Of a DNA stretch of 64,000 bases, positions 40,744 to 53,403 are shown piece after piece (the stretch's first letter is position 1; each line of letters opens with the position of its first letter). The notes below the pieces were generated by a model. The model made no database searches, had not been told where the DNA came from, and was given only the letters and a program-made list of their open reading frames with translations. The translations under genes were made by a program, and so were the position numbers. The DNA lies in the NCBI GenBank assembly GCA_963734495.1, contig CAVTHK010000003.1, positions 64,001 to 128,000 of the forward strand, given 5' to 3'. Source of the DNA: an uncultured Spirochaetota bacterium (GTDB lineage: Bacteria > Spirochaetota > Spirochaetia > SZUA-6 > CAVTHK01).

Positions 40744-40996
40744 GGAGAAAGGGACGACAGCGCGCCCTCCCACGGGCGCCAGATCTGAAGGGGAAAACGG
40801 AAGTCCGTGAGAGTCGGACGCGGTCGCGCCGCTGTGACCGGGAGTCCTCACATAGAGGACAAGCCTCACCCGCTGTTGCCACTGTCGCGTCGACGGGAAG
40901 GCGCGGGGGGCGGGCCCGGGAGCCAGAAGACGATCCTCTCCAGTCTCATCGACGCCGCGGCTGAATGCCGGCGGCACTCTTTCGCGAAAAAAGAGT
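40744..40996 (+). promoter_or_regulatory. cobalamin riboswitch
   Basis: AAAACGGAAG, GTGAGAGT, GCGG-TCGCG-CCGC-TGTGA, GCCACTG, GGGAAGG, GAGCCAGAAGAC B12-box; L5 TCGCG complementary to L13 CGCGA; upstream of a TonB-dependent receptor. Confidence 0.9.
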
Positions 40997-41017
40997 CGGG
41001 TGAGGTCCTCACCTGCG

Positions 41018-41040
41018 AGGCCCCATCCGGGGCCTTTTTC
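41018..41040 (+). terminator. riboswitch expression-platform terminator
   Basis: AGGCCCC-ATCC-GGGGCCT-TTTT. Confidence 0.75.
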
Positions 41041-41076
41041 GGGCCCTCGCGAATGCTCATCGGGAGAGCATCACTC

Positions 41077-43074
41077 ATGACAACTGCATCGCGTTCGCCG
41101 CCGTGCTCGCCGCCCTCTCGGCCGCGGGGCTCGGCGCGCAGCCCGCGGATGTCGAGGTGATCGTCACCGCGAGCCGCATCGAGGAGCCGGCCGCGTACGG
41201 CGGCCGCGTCGGTGAGCGTGATCACCGCCGAAGACCTCGTCGCCTCCGGCGAGCCGACGCTGGTCGACGCCCTCGAGCAAGCTCGCCGGGGTGTCGTTCC
41301 GCAGCACCACCGGAGGGCCGGCGCAGGCCGAGGTGTCGATGCGCGGCTTCGGCGACGCATCGGTCACCCGCGTGCTCGTGCTCGTCGACGGCCGCCGCGT
41401 CAACAGGCCCGACCTCGCCGGCACCAACTGGCTGCAGGTGCCGGTCGAAGACGTCGAGCGCGTGGAGGTCGTGCGCGGCCCCGCCTCCGTCCTCTACGGC
41501 GACCACGCGGTGGGCGGCGTCATCAACATCATCACGAAGAAGGGCGGCGAGAAGCTCTCCGTCACGGCGTCGGGCATGGGCGGGAGCTTCGGCTCTTCAA
41601 CCAGGAGCGCGTGGGCGTCAGCGGGCCCGTGGCCGGGGCGCGCATCGCGCTGAACGGCGAGCGCAGCTCGTCGGACGGCTACCGCGACCGGTCCGCCTGG
41701 AGCTCGCTCGGCGGCGGCGCCGACCTCGACGGGCGCCTCGGCGCGGCGTCGAGGCCTCGCTGCGCCTGGGCTACAACCAGACGGATTACCAGCTGCCCGG
41801 CGCGCTCACCAAGGCCCAGTTCGAGACGATCCCACTCAGGCGGCAGACCCGGCACCGACGACCGGCCCGCGACCGGACCTTCAACGCCGATGCCGGGTTG
41901 AGCTGTCGCGGCTGGCGAGGCAACGCTCGAGCTGCGGGGCAACGTGACGTACGCGTGGAACGCGGTGGAGAACGAACATCCTTTCGTTCTTTCGCCGTCG
42001 TTTTCCGACGTCACAATCCAGACCCTGTGGGCGACGCCGCGGGCGACGCTAGTCCGGGACGTCGACGGCAGGCCGCTCACCCTGATCGCGGGTGCCGACC
42101 TGTACGTGGGACGGCCTGAACCTGCATCGGCTACACCGACAGAAAGCCGCGACACGCGTTCCGCCGACGCGGACGTGAGCCGGGCCACCGCGGCGCGTAC
42201 GCCACGGCCTCGTACGCTGCTACTCGATCCGCTCACGGTGGAGGTCGGGGGCCGCTACGAGCTGGCGCAGGGTCGCGGCCGAGGCGTCACCTGGGCGCGC
42301 CGCTCGACGACAGCAAGGTCCTCATCGGCTGGGCCGCCAACGCCTCCCTCGTCTACCGGCCGATCGAATCTCTCCGCGCCTGGCTCAAGCTCGACCGCGT
42401 CTACCGCTACCCGGCGCTCGACGAGCAGGTGTCGTACTACAACGGCTTCGGGCCCGAACGCCTTCAACTCCGACCTCGCGCCGGAATACGGGTACGGCGC
42501 CGACGCGGGCGCGTCGGTCGCGCCTGCCTGTCGGGGTGCGCGTGTCGCTCGACGGGTACCTCCTCGACATGAACGACGAGATCGCGTTCAACGGCCGACG
42601 GAGCGAGCGAACGAGAACCTCGACGGCAAGACCCGCCACCTCGGCGGCACAGCCGAGGCGTCGTGGGGCGCCGGCCCGGTGACGCGTCAGCGGCTCCTAC
42701 TACCGGCCAGCTCACGACGTTCCGCGCAGGGGCGAACGACGGCAACCAGGTGCCCGCTCGTCCCCAACCACACGGTGAGCGGCGAGGCGACGCGTCAGGT
42801 TGCCCTTCGGCGCTGGCCGCCGCGGCCACGGGCCGCTACGTCGGCGAGAGCTTCCAGGGCGGCGACAACGCCAACACGCAGGACAAGGTCCCCGCGATAT
42901 TTCGTGCTCGGCGCCTCGGTAACCTGGACGCCCTCCTTCGTGCCCGGGAGGCTGGAGCTCTTCGCGGGCGTCGAGAACCTGCTCGACGAGCGGTACGTGT
43001 CGTACATCTACTACGACGGCTACTACCCCGCGCCGGGACGCAGCTGGCGCGTGGGCGGCTTCTACCGGTACTGA
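41077..43074 (+). CDS. btuB: TonB-dependent receptor, likely cobalamin uptake (many frameshifts)
   Basis: VIVTASR TonB box, VLVLVDG, VERVEVVRGPASVLYG...GGVINIIT plug, VENLLDERY...PGR...YRY C-terminus; B12 riboswitch upstream. Confidence 0.8.
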
Positions 43075-43083
43075 GGCGACGGG

Positions 43084-43708
43084 ATGGTGAACGAAGGCGC
43101 GGTGTGGGGCGGTCGCTGCTCGCGGCTGCGGCGCTTCACGCGGCGGTCGTCGCCGGCGGCAGCCTGCTGCCGCCCGCGGCACGCGCCGCCGCGCCGGCGC
43201 CGCGGCCGGTAGCGGTCGAGGTCGCGGTCGAGCTGCCGCCGCGCGGCGCCCCGCCTGCTGCGGCCGCACCGGCGCCGGCGTCCGGAGGCCGCCGCGCGCG
43301 CCGTCGCCGCCGGCGCGCCGGCGGCGCGAGCGCGCCGCGCCAGTCGCCGCGCCGGCGCCGGAACCCGCGGCTGCCGGCGGCGGCGCCGCTGTCGCGGCGG
43401 ATGCCGCGTCCGCGGCTGCGGCGCAGCTGGCGGTCGTCTTTACCAGGCCGCGGCCGCTGCGCGATCCCGCGCCCGCCTACCCGGCGAGCGCGCGCCGGCG
43501 CGGCGAGCAGGGCACGGTGCGCTGCCTGGTGCGGATCGACGCCGCGGGGCGGGTCGAGCAGGCCACGGTGATTTCTTCCAGCGGATCGAACGCGCTCGAC
43601 CGGGCGGCGGTCGACGCGGTGGCGGCGACCGCCTACGCGCCGGCGCGCGCCGGCAGCCGCGCCGTGAGCGGCGAGCTGGTCGTGGCCGTGCGCTTCGTGC
43701 TGCGGTAG
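43084..43708 (+). CDS. tonB: TonB-family energy transducer (frameshifts)
   Basis: N-terminal SLLAAAALH TM, Pro/Ala-rich linker, GTVRCLVRIDAAGRV...SSG...LDRAA...VRFVL. Confidence 0.75.
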
Positions 43709-43734
43709 CGCCGCGCCGCGGGGCGCGGGCGCCG

Positions 43735-46701
43735 CTACGCGGGCTTGCGGACCACCGCGTGCCCCTTGCGGCCGTCGATGATCGCCTCGAGCGGCCGCTC
43801 GAGGCGCAGGTGAACCCAGCCGCTGGTCCCGCTCGCGGTCGCCCCCCTCGCCGCGGGCGTCTGCGCGAGCAGCCAGTCCCAGTCGACGAAGCTCGCATCC
43901 GATCCCCACGGCACGCTCAGGTAGCCGACGCTCATGGCGATGATCTGGTTCAGGAAGTGCGACCCGAACGAGGGGTCCACGCGGAAATCGACGAGCTCCA
44001 CCTCGACGAGGACCTTCACCTGTGAGATGTCCTCCCACGCAACTGGGATGCCGAGGCTCGGGTCGCGGCTGCCCCAGCGGCCGGGCGCGATGATGATGCA
44101 CGGCCGCCGCTCGGCCGGCTAGGGCGCGGTTGATCTCCGCCAGCTCGCGGGCCATCTCGGCGGAGCGCCGCGATTCGAGACGGCGCGGAGTCGCGAAGAC
44201 CACGTCGAACAGACCGCCGATCCGGCCGTTGCCGCAGGCCCGCTCGGACCGCATGAGCCACTGCGGCCGGTCTGCCGCGGGCAGGTCGGCGCTCCCGGCC
44301 TCCATCCCGCCGATCGATCTGGCCGCCAGCACGGAGAGCCGTGGCTGCGCGCCGCCCTCCATGGCGAACTCGATCTCCACCGGCGCTCCCGTGGCGGTCC
44401 TGAGGACGTCGAGCAGGCCCTCGAGCGCGGGCGCGAGGGGAAGGGCGTCGTACTTGAGGATCGGGGCAAAGTTCACCACGCGCGGCCCGGGCACGGGGTC
44501 GCCGGGCTCCATTCTCCCGTTGGCGGCGTCCCAGGTGGACACGCAAAGCCGCAGCGCAGCGCCGTCCGCGTCTGCGATGGGCACCCGCCTCAGGGCGCTG
44601 CCGCCCGCGGGGCGCCGGGCGGCCAGGTCCAGGGCGAAGAGCTCGGTCTGTCCGTCGGCGAGCTGCTGGTCGGGTGAGAGCCGGTCGGCCCCGGGAGCGC
44701 GCGGCGAGAATCGGAACGCGGGGCCGCCGTCAGAGACATACGCGCCCAGGCCGACCCACAGCGACGCAGCCCCGTCCTCCTGCCGGAAACCGGCGGGCGG
44801 ATAGTAGTCGTGCGAGGCCGCGACGCCGGAGAGCATCGGGTACCAGAGGCCCCCGTGTTCGCTGCCCACGACCTCCTGGAGCACGACGGCGATCTTCTCC
44901 TCTTCGCTCTTGGCGGCGACCGCGTCAAAGGCCTGCCGCCGCGCGGTCCGAGAGCACCGCCGCGAAGGCGAGCTTGACCGCCCGCTCGAGCTCCTCGAGC
45001 CGGGAGCCGACGCCGCGCCCCGTTGTTCGCGAGCAGCCGGGTCTCGTAGACCCCGGCAAAGGGCTGCGCGGCCGAGTCCTCGAACAGGCCCGTGGCCCGG
45101 ACCGAAAGGGGCCGCGCAGTGCGCTCGAGGTAGCGGCGCAGCCTGTCCCTCAATCCTTCGGACAGCGATCCCGCGAGAAAGCGCTCCTCCACCGAATGTC
45201 GCTGCGCGCGGCCGTCGAAGAGGTCGGCCAGACCGTTGGAGGCCACGAAGCGGGCGAACTCCTCGGTGCCGATGACCGCGGTCGGAGGCACGCAGACGCT
45301 CATCCCTTCGACGAGGGCGCCGAGCCGGCAATCCTCGATCAGCATGTGGACAAAGGCGATCGCCCGCCCCCTGCCGCCGAGCGACCCGGGCGCGAGCCGG
45401 AGCACGACGGGCCGGCCGTCGAGCAGCGCCTGGTCGAACGGGAGCACCTCACCCCGCGTCTTGTCCGCCTGCACGGCGGCGAACACCCCGATCAGGCGCT
45501 GCCTCATTTCGGCCGTTGCGCGGAAATCGCTCACGCGGATGGGCTGGATCTCGCGCGCGATGCGGATCTCGCCCCGGGCCATGAGCCACGCAGAGAAGTG
45601 GTTGCGCTCGGCGTGGTAGACGAGCGACTCGTCGGGCACCCGCGGCAGCAGCGCGCGGAGCTCGTCGAGCGTCCTCGCGCGGCCGATCGGCAGCCCCTCG
45701 CGGTCGCGGAACACGAAGTCGCCGAAGCCCAGCCGCTCGAAGACGAAGGCGGTGAGGCCGGCAGTGAGGTTATCCGCGTTCTTGTCGAGGAAGTCCGCGT
45801 TCAGGGCGCGCGCCGTCGCGGCGTGGCCGCGCTCGGACGACTGCACCAGGATCGGCAGATCGGGCAGCATCCCGCGGACCGCCTCGATCAGGCGCACGCC
45901 GGCCCGCTCGTCGAGCGCGCCCCCGCGGGCGAAGGCCACGTCCGAGATCAGGCAGAGGAGGTGGTCCTTGTGCTCCCCGACGATCGCCAGGGCTTCCTCG
46001 TAGGACCGCGCGAGCAGCACCTTGGGGCGGGCCCGCATCCTCAGGAGCTTCTTCGCCTCGTTGAGCCGCTCCTCGGCGATCAGCGCCTGGGTCTGCTTCA
46101 TGATCTCGGAGTAGAGAAGGGGAAGGTAGCGCGAGGCGTAGCGGATGGAATCCTCGACCAGCAGGATGACGCGCACGAGGCCGATGGCGGCGTCCGTCGC
46201 GACGTTGGCCCGGTCCTCGACGAGCTTGATCATCGCCAGGAAGATCTTGGCGTCGCCGTTCCACACGAAGACGCCGTCCAGCAGGCCGGGCTCCGGGCGG
46301 CCGGCAGCGAAGGGGATCTCAGAGCTTCCCCGCAGCAGCAGAAGGATCGGCAGCGCGGGGTGCGAGGCGCGGATGCGGCGCGCGAGATCGAGGGGGGCGC
46401 TCTCGTCGATCCGCGTGGTGAGGATGACCATGTCGAACGAGCGGCGCGTCAGCGCCTCCATGGCCTCGCCGCCGGAAGCGGCGCCGGTGATGCGGGGAGC
46501 GCTCGAGAGGCTGAGCTCGTGGTACTCTCCGAAGATCTGCTCGGCGAGCCGGTCCTCCTCCTCGAGGACGAAGGCGTCGTACACGGTCGCGACCAGCAGG
46601 ATCTCGCGGACGCGGAAGGCCATGAGGTCGTGGTAGACGTCGTTGTCGGTCTTGTGACGGCGCAGGCTTTCCGAAAGCAATTCGAGCGGCCGCTGCCTCA
46701 T
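43735..46701 (-). CDS. receiver-like + PEP/pyruvate-binding (PPDK/PEP synthase N-terminal) domain protein (frameshifts)
   Basis: YHDLM..RVREILLV, VILLVEDS, RARPK, NHFSAWL, ED..QPFAGVY, IEFA, PGRWGS, SFGSHF. Confidence 0.8.
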
Positions 46702-46796
46702 CGATACCAGGATAGCCAGGACGCCCGGCCGCGGGCAATCCGCCGGCCGCGCCGCTCTCCTTGCCGCCGCGCGTCCGTTTCGGCTAAGCTCGGCGC

Positions 46797-47449
46797 GTGA
46801 CGATCGTCGAGCAGCTCGCGCGCATCGATTTTCTCAAGGGAATCAGCCCGCAGAGCCTGGCTGCCCTCGCTGAGATCTGCGTCCCCAAGCGCGCGAGGAA
46901 GCGGCAGATCCTCTTTCTCGAGGGCCAGGAGGCTCATTCGATGTACCTCCTGATCCAGGGCGCGGTGCAGCTGTACCGCGACACGAGCGACGGCCGCGAG
47001 ATCGTCATCAGGACCATCCAGCCGGGGGAGACCTTCGCGGAGGCGATCCTCTTCGAGCACGACAGCTTCCCGGTGAGCGCCGTGACGCTCGAGCCGAGCT
47101 TCCTCCTGCTGCTGCCGCGAAGGCAGGTCTCGTGCCTTCTCGACAACCCCAGGTTCCGCGACAACTTTGTCGGGATGCTGATGTAGAAGCTGCGCTACCT
47201 CTCCGACCGCATCGTGTACCTCACGGCGCAGGACGTGGAGGGCCGCTTCCGCGGCTTTCTCGAGACGACCTACGGCCGGCGCGACGACCTACAGCCTGCC
47301 CATCTCGAAGAAGGACATCGCCGCGGAGATCGGCACGAACCCGGAGACGCTGTCGCGGCTGTTCGCGCGCCTGCGCCTGCGAGGGGACGCTCGAGGCGCG
47401 CGGCCGGACGCTGCGGGTCAGGCCGGGCTTCTGGAAGGGCTCGGAGTAG
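46797..47449 (+). CDS. Crp/Fnr-family regulator (internal TAG at 47184-47186 and indels, probably errors)
   Basis: LFLEG, GETFAE cNMP domain; SKKDIAAEIGTNPETLSRL HTH. Confidence 0.82.
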
Positions 47450-47525
47450 AGGTCGCGGACCCGGCGCCCGGGTCAGGGGCGACGGGGGCCGCCGGCTCGC
47501 GCCCGCGGCCCCTCGGGCCGCGCGA

Positions 47526-48354
47526 TCAGTTCGGGCCCTGCACCGCGACGGGGATGACGATCCAGCCGTAAGGCGACTTGCACTCGATCGTGCCGCCCAC
47601 GGCGAACCTCAGGTTCTGCGCCGGTGAGCGCGCTCAGCGCCATGCTCAGGGTCTTGCCCGGCCTGTTCTCCATCCGCAGCGTCACGGTCCCCGTGCCGTT
47701 CGGGCGGATCTCGGTCGAGTCCTCGCTGTGGAGCATGCGTGTAGCGCTGCTGGTTGATGTCGAGGTAGTGTCTCACCGAGTCGATCGTGAGCGGGAACGC
47801 GTTCGTGTTCCGGACCCAGATGCGGACGCGGAACACGTCGCTCACCGGCGTGCCGTCGACCCCGGCAAAGGCCACCTCGGGGATCTTGGGAAGCGGGATG
47901 CGTGACCTCGTCGCCGGAACTGCATCGGGTCCCCACCCCGAGTCCGAGGCCGGGAAGACGGTCCCGCGGAAGGCGACCCTCATGGCGCCTTCGGCCAGGA
48001 TGCCGATCGACTGGTCGAGGATGTCCTTCATCGCGATCTGGAAGGGAAAGGTCACGGTCTGATTCCCGCCGCCTTTCGTGCGCTTCATATCGGCGAACGT
48101 GTCCGTGAACAGCGGCTTGTCCTGGAGGTCGACCCCGTAGTCGACGCGTTCGGAAGCTCGAGGTTGCTCGATGAGCGGTTCTGGATCACGATCTTCGCCT
48201 CGAACTTGACCAGCGTCGGGCTGAATGACCGTCGAGGCGAGGCGGCTCACGCGCACGGTCGGCGGCTCCGATGACCGCGGGCCCCTGGCTCGCGCAGCCC
48301 GCGATCAGCCACAGCGCCGCGAGCGGCGCGGCTGATTCTCGCAAGTCTCCGCAT
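47526..48354 (-). CDS. LEA type 2 (WHy)-like lipoprotein (frameshifts)
   Basis: GGAGGAG RBS, IAGC lipobox, two beta-rich repeats with a VRNTNAFPLTI motif. Confidence 0.6.
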
Positions 48355-48369
48355 GGCGCTCCTCCGCTA

Positions 48370-49774
48370 CTAGATCATCGGCATCTTTGCGGCCGCGGCG
48401 CCGGGCCGGCCCCGGCAGCCGGCCGAGAGCTTCGGGATCATGTCGCCGTGCGCCTCGATGAGGTCGTCGCAGAGGCTGCGGATCTCGTCGAGGCGTGAGC
48501 TCCGCGGCGGTGTGCGGGTCGAGCATCGCGGCCTGGTAGACCTTGTCCCGCTTGCGCGTGAGCGCGGCCTCGATCGTGAGGAGCTGCACGTTGATGTTGG
48601 TGCGGTTGAGCGCGGCGCACTGCTCGGGCAGGTCGCCGACGTAGCAGCCCTGCACGCCGTTGCGGTCGACGAGGCAGGGCACCTCGACGCACGCCGTTCT
48701 CCGGCAGGTTGGTGATCAGGCCGCGGTTGAGCGACGTTGCCGTCGATCCGCGCGGGCCGGCCCGTCAGGATCGCCTCCATGATGTAGGAGCCGTACTCGT
48801 GCGTGCGCGTGTGCGACAGGTCGCGGGTTGGTCGACGAGCGTCTTGCTCTGCTTCTTCCACCGCTCGATCTGGCGGATGCAGCGGCGCGGGTACTCGTCG
48901 AGCGGGATGGCGAACTCCTCGATCAGCTCGCGGGTGAGTGCGCTTGATCCAGTAGGGCATGTACTCGGCGCTGTGCTCCGAGCTCTCGGTGACGTAGTAG
49001 CCGAAGTGCCGCATGATCTCCAGGCGCACCATGTCGCTTGTGCTTGGCCGCGCCCGCCTGCGCGCGCCTTCGCGTTGAGCTCCGCGGCCCGCGCGCTTGA
49101 TCTCGGGGTAGAGGTCTCTGCCGTTCTCGCTGATCTCGAGCAGCCAGGCCATGTGGTTGATGCCGGCGATCTGTCCACTTGAGGTCGTCCGCGTTCTGGC
49201 AGCATGCCGAGCAGCTCGAGCAGCCTCGGCGACGCACGACTGCACCGAGTGGCAGAGGCCGACGGTGCGGATCGGCGTGGCGAGCGAGCAGCGCGCCGGT
49301 GATCATCGCCATCGGGTTGACGTAGTTCAGGAACCAGGCGCTCCGGGCAGACCTCTTCCATGTCGCGGGCGAAGTCGAGCACGACGGGGATCGTGCGCAG
49401 GGCGCGGAAGATGCCGCCGATGCCGAGCGTGTCGGCGATGGTCTGGCGCAGGCCGTACTTCTTCGGGCACCTCGAAGTCGATGACGGTGGCCGGCTCGTA
49501 GCCGCCCACCTGGATGGCGTTGACGACGAAGTCGGCCCCGCGCAGCGCGGCCTTGCGGTTCTCGACGCCCAGGTGCGTCGTGATCGCGGGCGCGGCCTAG
49601 TTGATGTTGGCGTTCAGCGTGTCGAGCACGATCCTTCGACTCCTCGAGGCGCGTGCCGTCGATGTCGTAGAGCGCGATCTCTGCGTCGTGGAGGGCGGGC
49701 GAGAGCATGGAGTCGCCCAGGATGTTCCTGGCAAACACCGTGCTTCCCGCGCCCATGAAGGCGATTCTGGCCAT
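48370..49774 (-). CDS. family 4 glycoside hydrolase (alpha-galactosidase/alpha-glucosidase; many frameshifts, end approximate)
   Basis: [11 protein letters not shown] motif, [32 protein letters not shown]. Confidence 0.88.
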
Positions 49775-49889
49775 CAGGTCTCCTGCCTGGCCGGGCCGCC
49801 CGGCGGCTCGCGGGTCGCCGTGCCGGGCGCGTCAATCTGCACCGGGGGCGGCGCCGGCTGTGGCAATGCGACGGCGGGCGGCGGCCGGC

Positions 49890-50417
49890 CTCACGCCGCG
49901 CCTCCCGCCGGTCGAGGTAGCGGGCCACGAACTGCTCCTGCTCCGAGGTCTCCAGCGCGGAGCGGATGCGGCGGACGCGCGCGGATCGCGGACGCGGCGT
50001 CGAGGTCGACGGTAGCGGCCCATCACGCAGGCAGAGGACCAGCCCGGTCCGCCCGACGCCCGCGAAGCAGTGGACGCAGACCGGCAAGCCGGCTCTCATG
50101 CGCGCGATGATGCCCTCGATGAGAAGGTCGAAGGAAGGCAGGTCCGCGGGGACGCTGAAGTTCTCGATGGGGTGAGAGACCCACTCGATGCCCAGCTTCC
50201 GGCAGAAGCGGGGGAGGTCGGCTGGCACCTCGAGCAGCGACACGAGCGCGCGGACGCCGCGGTCGTGGAGATCGGCCAGGTCCGCGCGCAGCGTCCCGCC
50301 CTGCCCCAGCCAGCCGCTGCCCGGCAGTGCGGCGCCCGCGAGGAGCCCTTCGACGACCCAGGAGAAGTTGCCGGTCACCGCGCGGGCGTCCTGCCGCGGC
50401 CCGGGCGGCGCGCTCAA
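49890..50417 (-). CDS. dual-specificity protein phosphatase (end approximate)
   Basis: NFSWV, VHCFAGVGRTG (CX5R), ETSEQEQF. Confidence 0.82.
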
Positions 50418-51035
50418 GCGCGGAAGCCCTTGAGATACGGGATGCGCGCGGCGGTCCGCTTGATCGCCTCCGCGTTGGCGAGGAGCGTCGCCGTGCTGTC
50501 CCAGGTGCCGTCGACGAGCACCTTGCGGCCCGCCTCCGGCATGTCGAGCGGGATCTGGTACCCGCCGGCCTCGACCACCTTCTTCTCAAGATCGATCCGG
50601 ATCTCCGTCCCGGGCTTCTCCTCGACCAGGTGCATCAGCATCTCGGCTTCCTGCGCTGGCTCACGCGGACCGTCGGAATGCCGAGGGCGCTGCAGTTGCC
50701 CGCGAAGATCTCGGCGAACGACTCGCCGATGATCGCCTTGATGCCGAAGCGCATGAGCGCCTGCGGCGCGTGCTCGCGCGAGGAGCCGCAGCCGAAGTTG
50801 CTGCCGACGATCAGGACGCTCGCGCCGCTGTAGCGGGGGTCGTTGAAGGGGTGGTCCTTCTTGTTGCCCTCCTGGTCGAAGCGCACGTCGTTAAAGGCGT
50901 ACTTGCCGAGCCCCTCGAACGTCACCGCCTTCATGTAGCGGGCGGGGATGATGCGGTCGGTGTCGATGTCCGCGCCGGGAACGGGAATGCCCGCGCGCCC
51001 TTGATCGCGCCCCTGCTCGCAGTGCTTTCGGCCAT
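50414..51035 (-). CDS. leuD: 3-isopropylmalate dehydratase small subunit (frameshifts)
   Basis: [37 protein letters not shown]. Confidence 0.93.
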
Positions 51036-51039
51036 GTTC

Positions 51040-52455
<1,416 letters not shown>

Positions 52456-52465
52456 GGTTCACAAA

Positions 52466-52495
52466 ACGATAGCGGGAACACGGATCGGCCGTCAA
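52466..52495 (-). promoter_or_regulatory. sigma70 promoter of leuCD
   Basis: TTGACG-N18-TATCGT, 10 nt before the leuC ATG. Confidence 0.55.
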
Positions 52496-52861
52496 CCTGC
52501 CCGCCTTGCCTGCCCGCCCGGTCGGGCGGGGACGGGATCACGGAGGATTTCGGGCTGCTTGCGGCCGCCCTGCTGGGCACCGGATTCCTCGTGGCCCGCG
52601 GCCGAAAGACGGCCGCCTCGTCCGACGCGCGGAAAGCCGCCAGAAAGTCGCCGATATCCCCGACTTCGTAGTCATCGATGCCGCGCCGCGGGTCGAGCTG
52701 CCCGAGCTGACGTCGCTGGCGCGCCTGGAGCACGATCTCGAGGCCGAGACCGTCGTGCTCCAGGCGGGCGCTTCCTGTCGCGTCCAGGAGCCTGTCGGAC
52801 TTGCGGCTGACCGCCGTTCCCGCCGCTTCCGCGGGTCTGGGCACGGCGGACCGTGCCCGAT

Positions 52862-53366
52862 CTAGAACGTGCTCACCGGGCCGGGCATGATCAGGACCTT
52901 GCCCGTGCGCACCATCTCCATGACCCCGAACGACCCGAACACGGTGTGGACGTTGTCGAGCTTGGTCGTCTCTCCGGTCACCTGGAGCGTGACCGTGTCC
53001 TCGGTGAGGTCGATCGTCTCGCACTCGAACACGTGGGCCATCTGCAGCACTTCGGCCCTCTTGTCGGAGGGGCACTTGATCTTGACCAGGGCCATCTCCC
53101 GCTCGATGACCGTGTCCTCGGTGTGGTCCTTGGCGTGGACCACGTCCACCAGCTTGTTGAGCTGCTTGAGGATCTGGTCGAGCGTCTTGCGGTCGCCGGT
53201 GGCCGAGATCGTCATGTGCGAGAAGGAGGGGTCGTGCCCCCCGGAGACCACCAGGCTGTCGATGTTGTAGCCCCGGCGCGCGAACACCAGCGCGATGCGG
53301 ATGAGAACGCCCGGGCTTGTTCGCGACATACAGGCTGATCGTGTGCTTGTCGTCGTTCTTCGCCAT
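52862..53366 (-). CDS. ilvN: acetolactate synthase small subunit (frameshift ~53308)
   Basis: NKPGVL.RI..VFARRGYNIDSL ACT domain, KQLNKLVDV, EMVRTG. Confidence 0.93.
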
Positions 53367-53403
53367 CTTTTCCTCCATCGGAGCGGCGTCTGCCGCGCCC
53401 CGG

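Noticed and set aside
47184-49600. In-frame TAG codons in Crp (47184-47186) and GH4 (~49598) as possible pyrrolysine or stop recoding
   Set aside because: Both lie in the error-dense segment, many genes here end normally at TAG, and no pyl genes are seen
52500-52860. Possible small gene between ilvN and leuC
   Set aside because: Both strands have open frames in the same register, but there is no clear start, RBS or recognisable motif; cannot be supported
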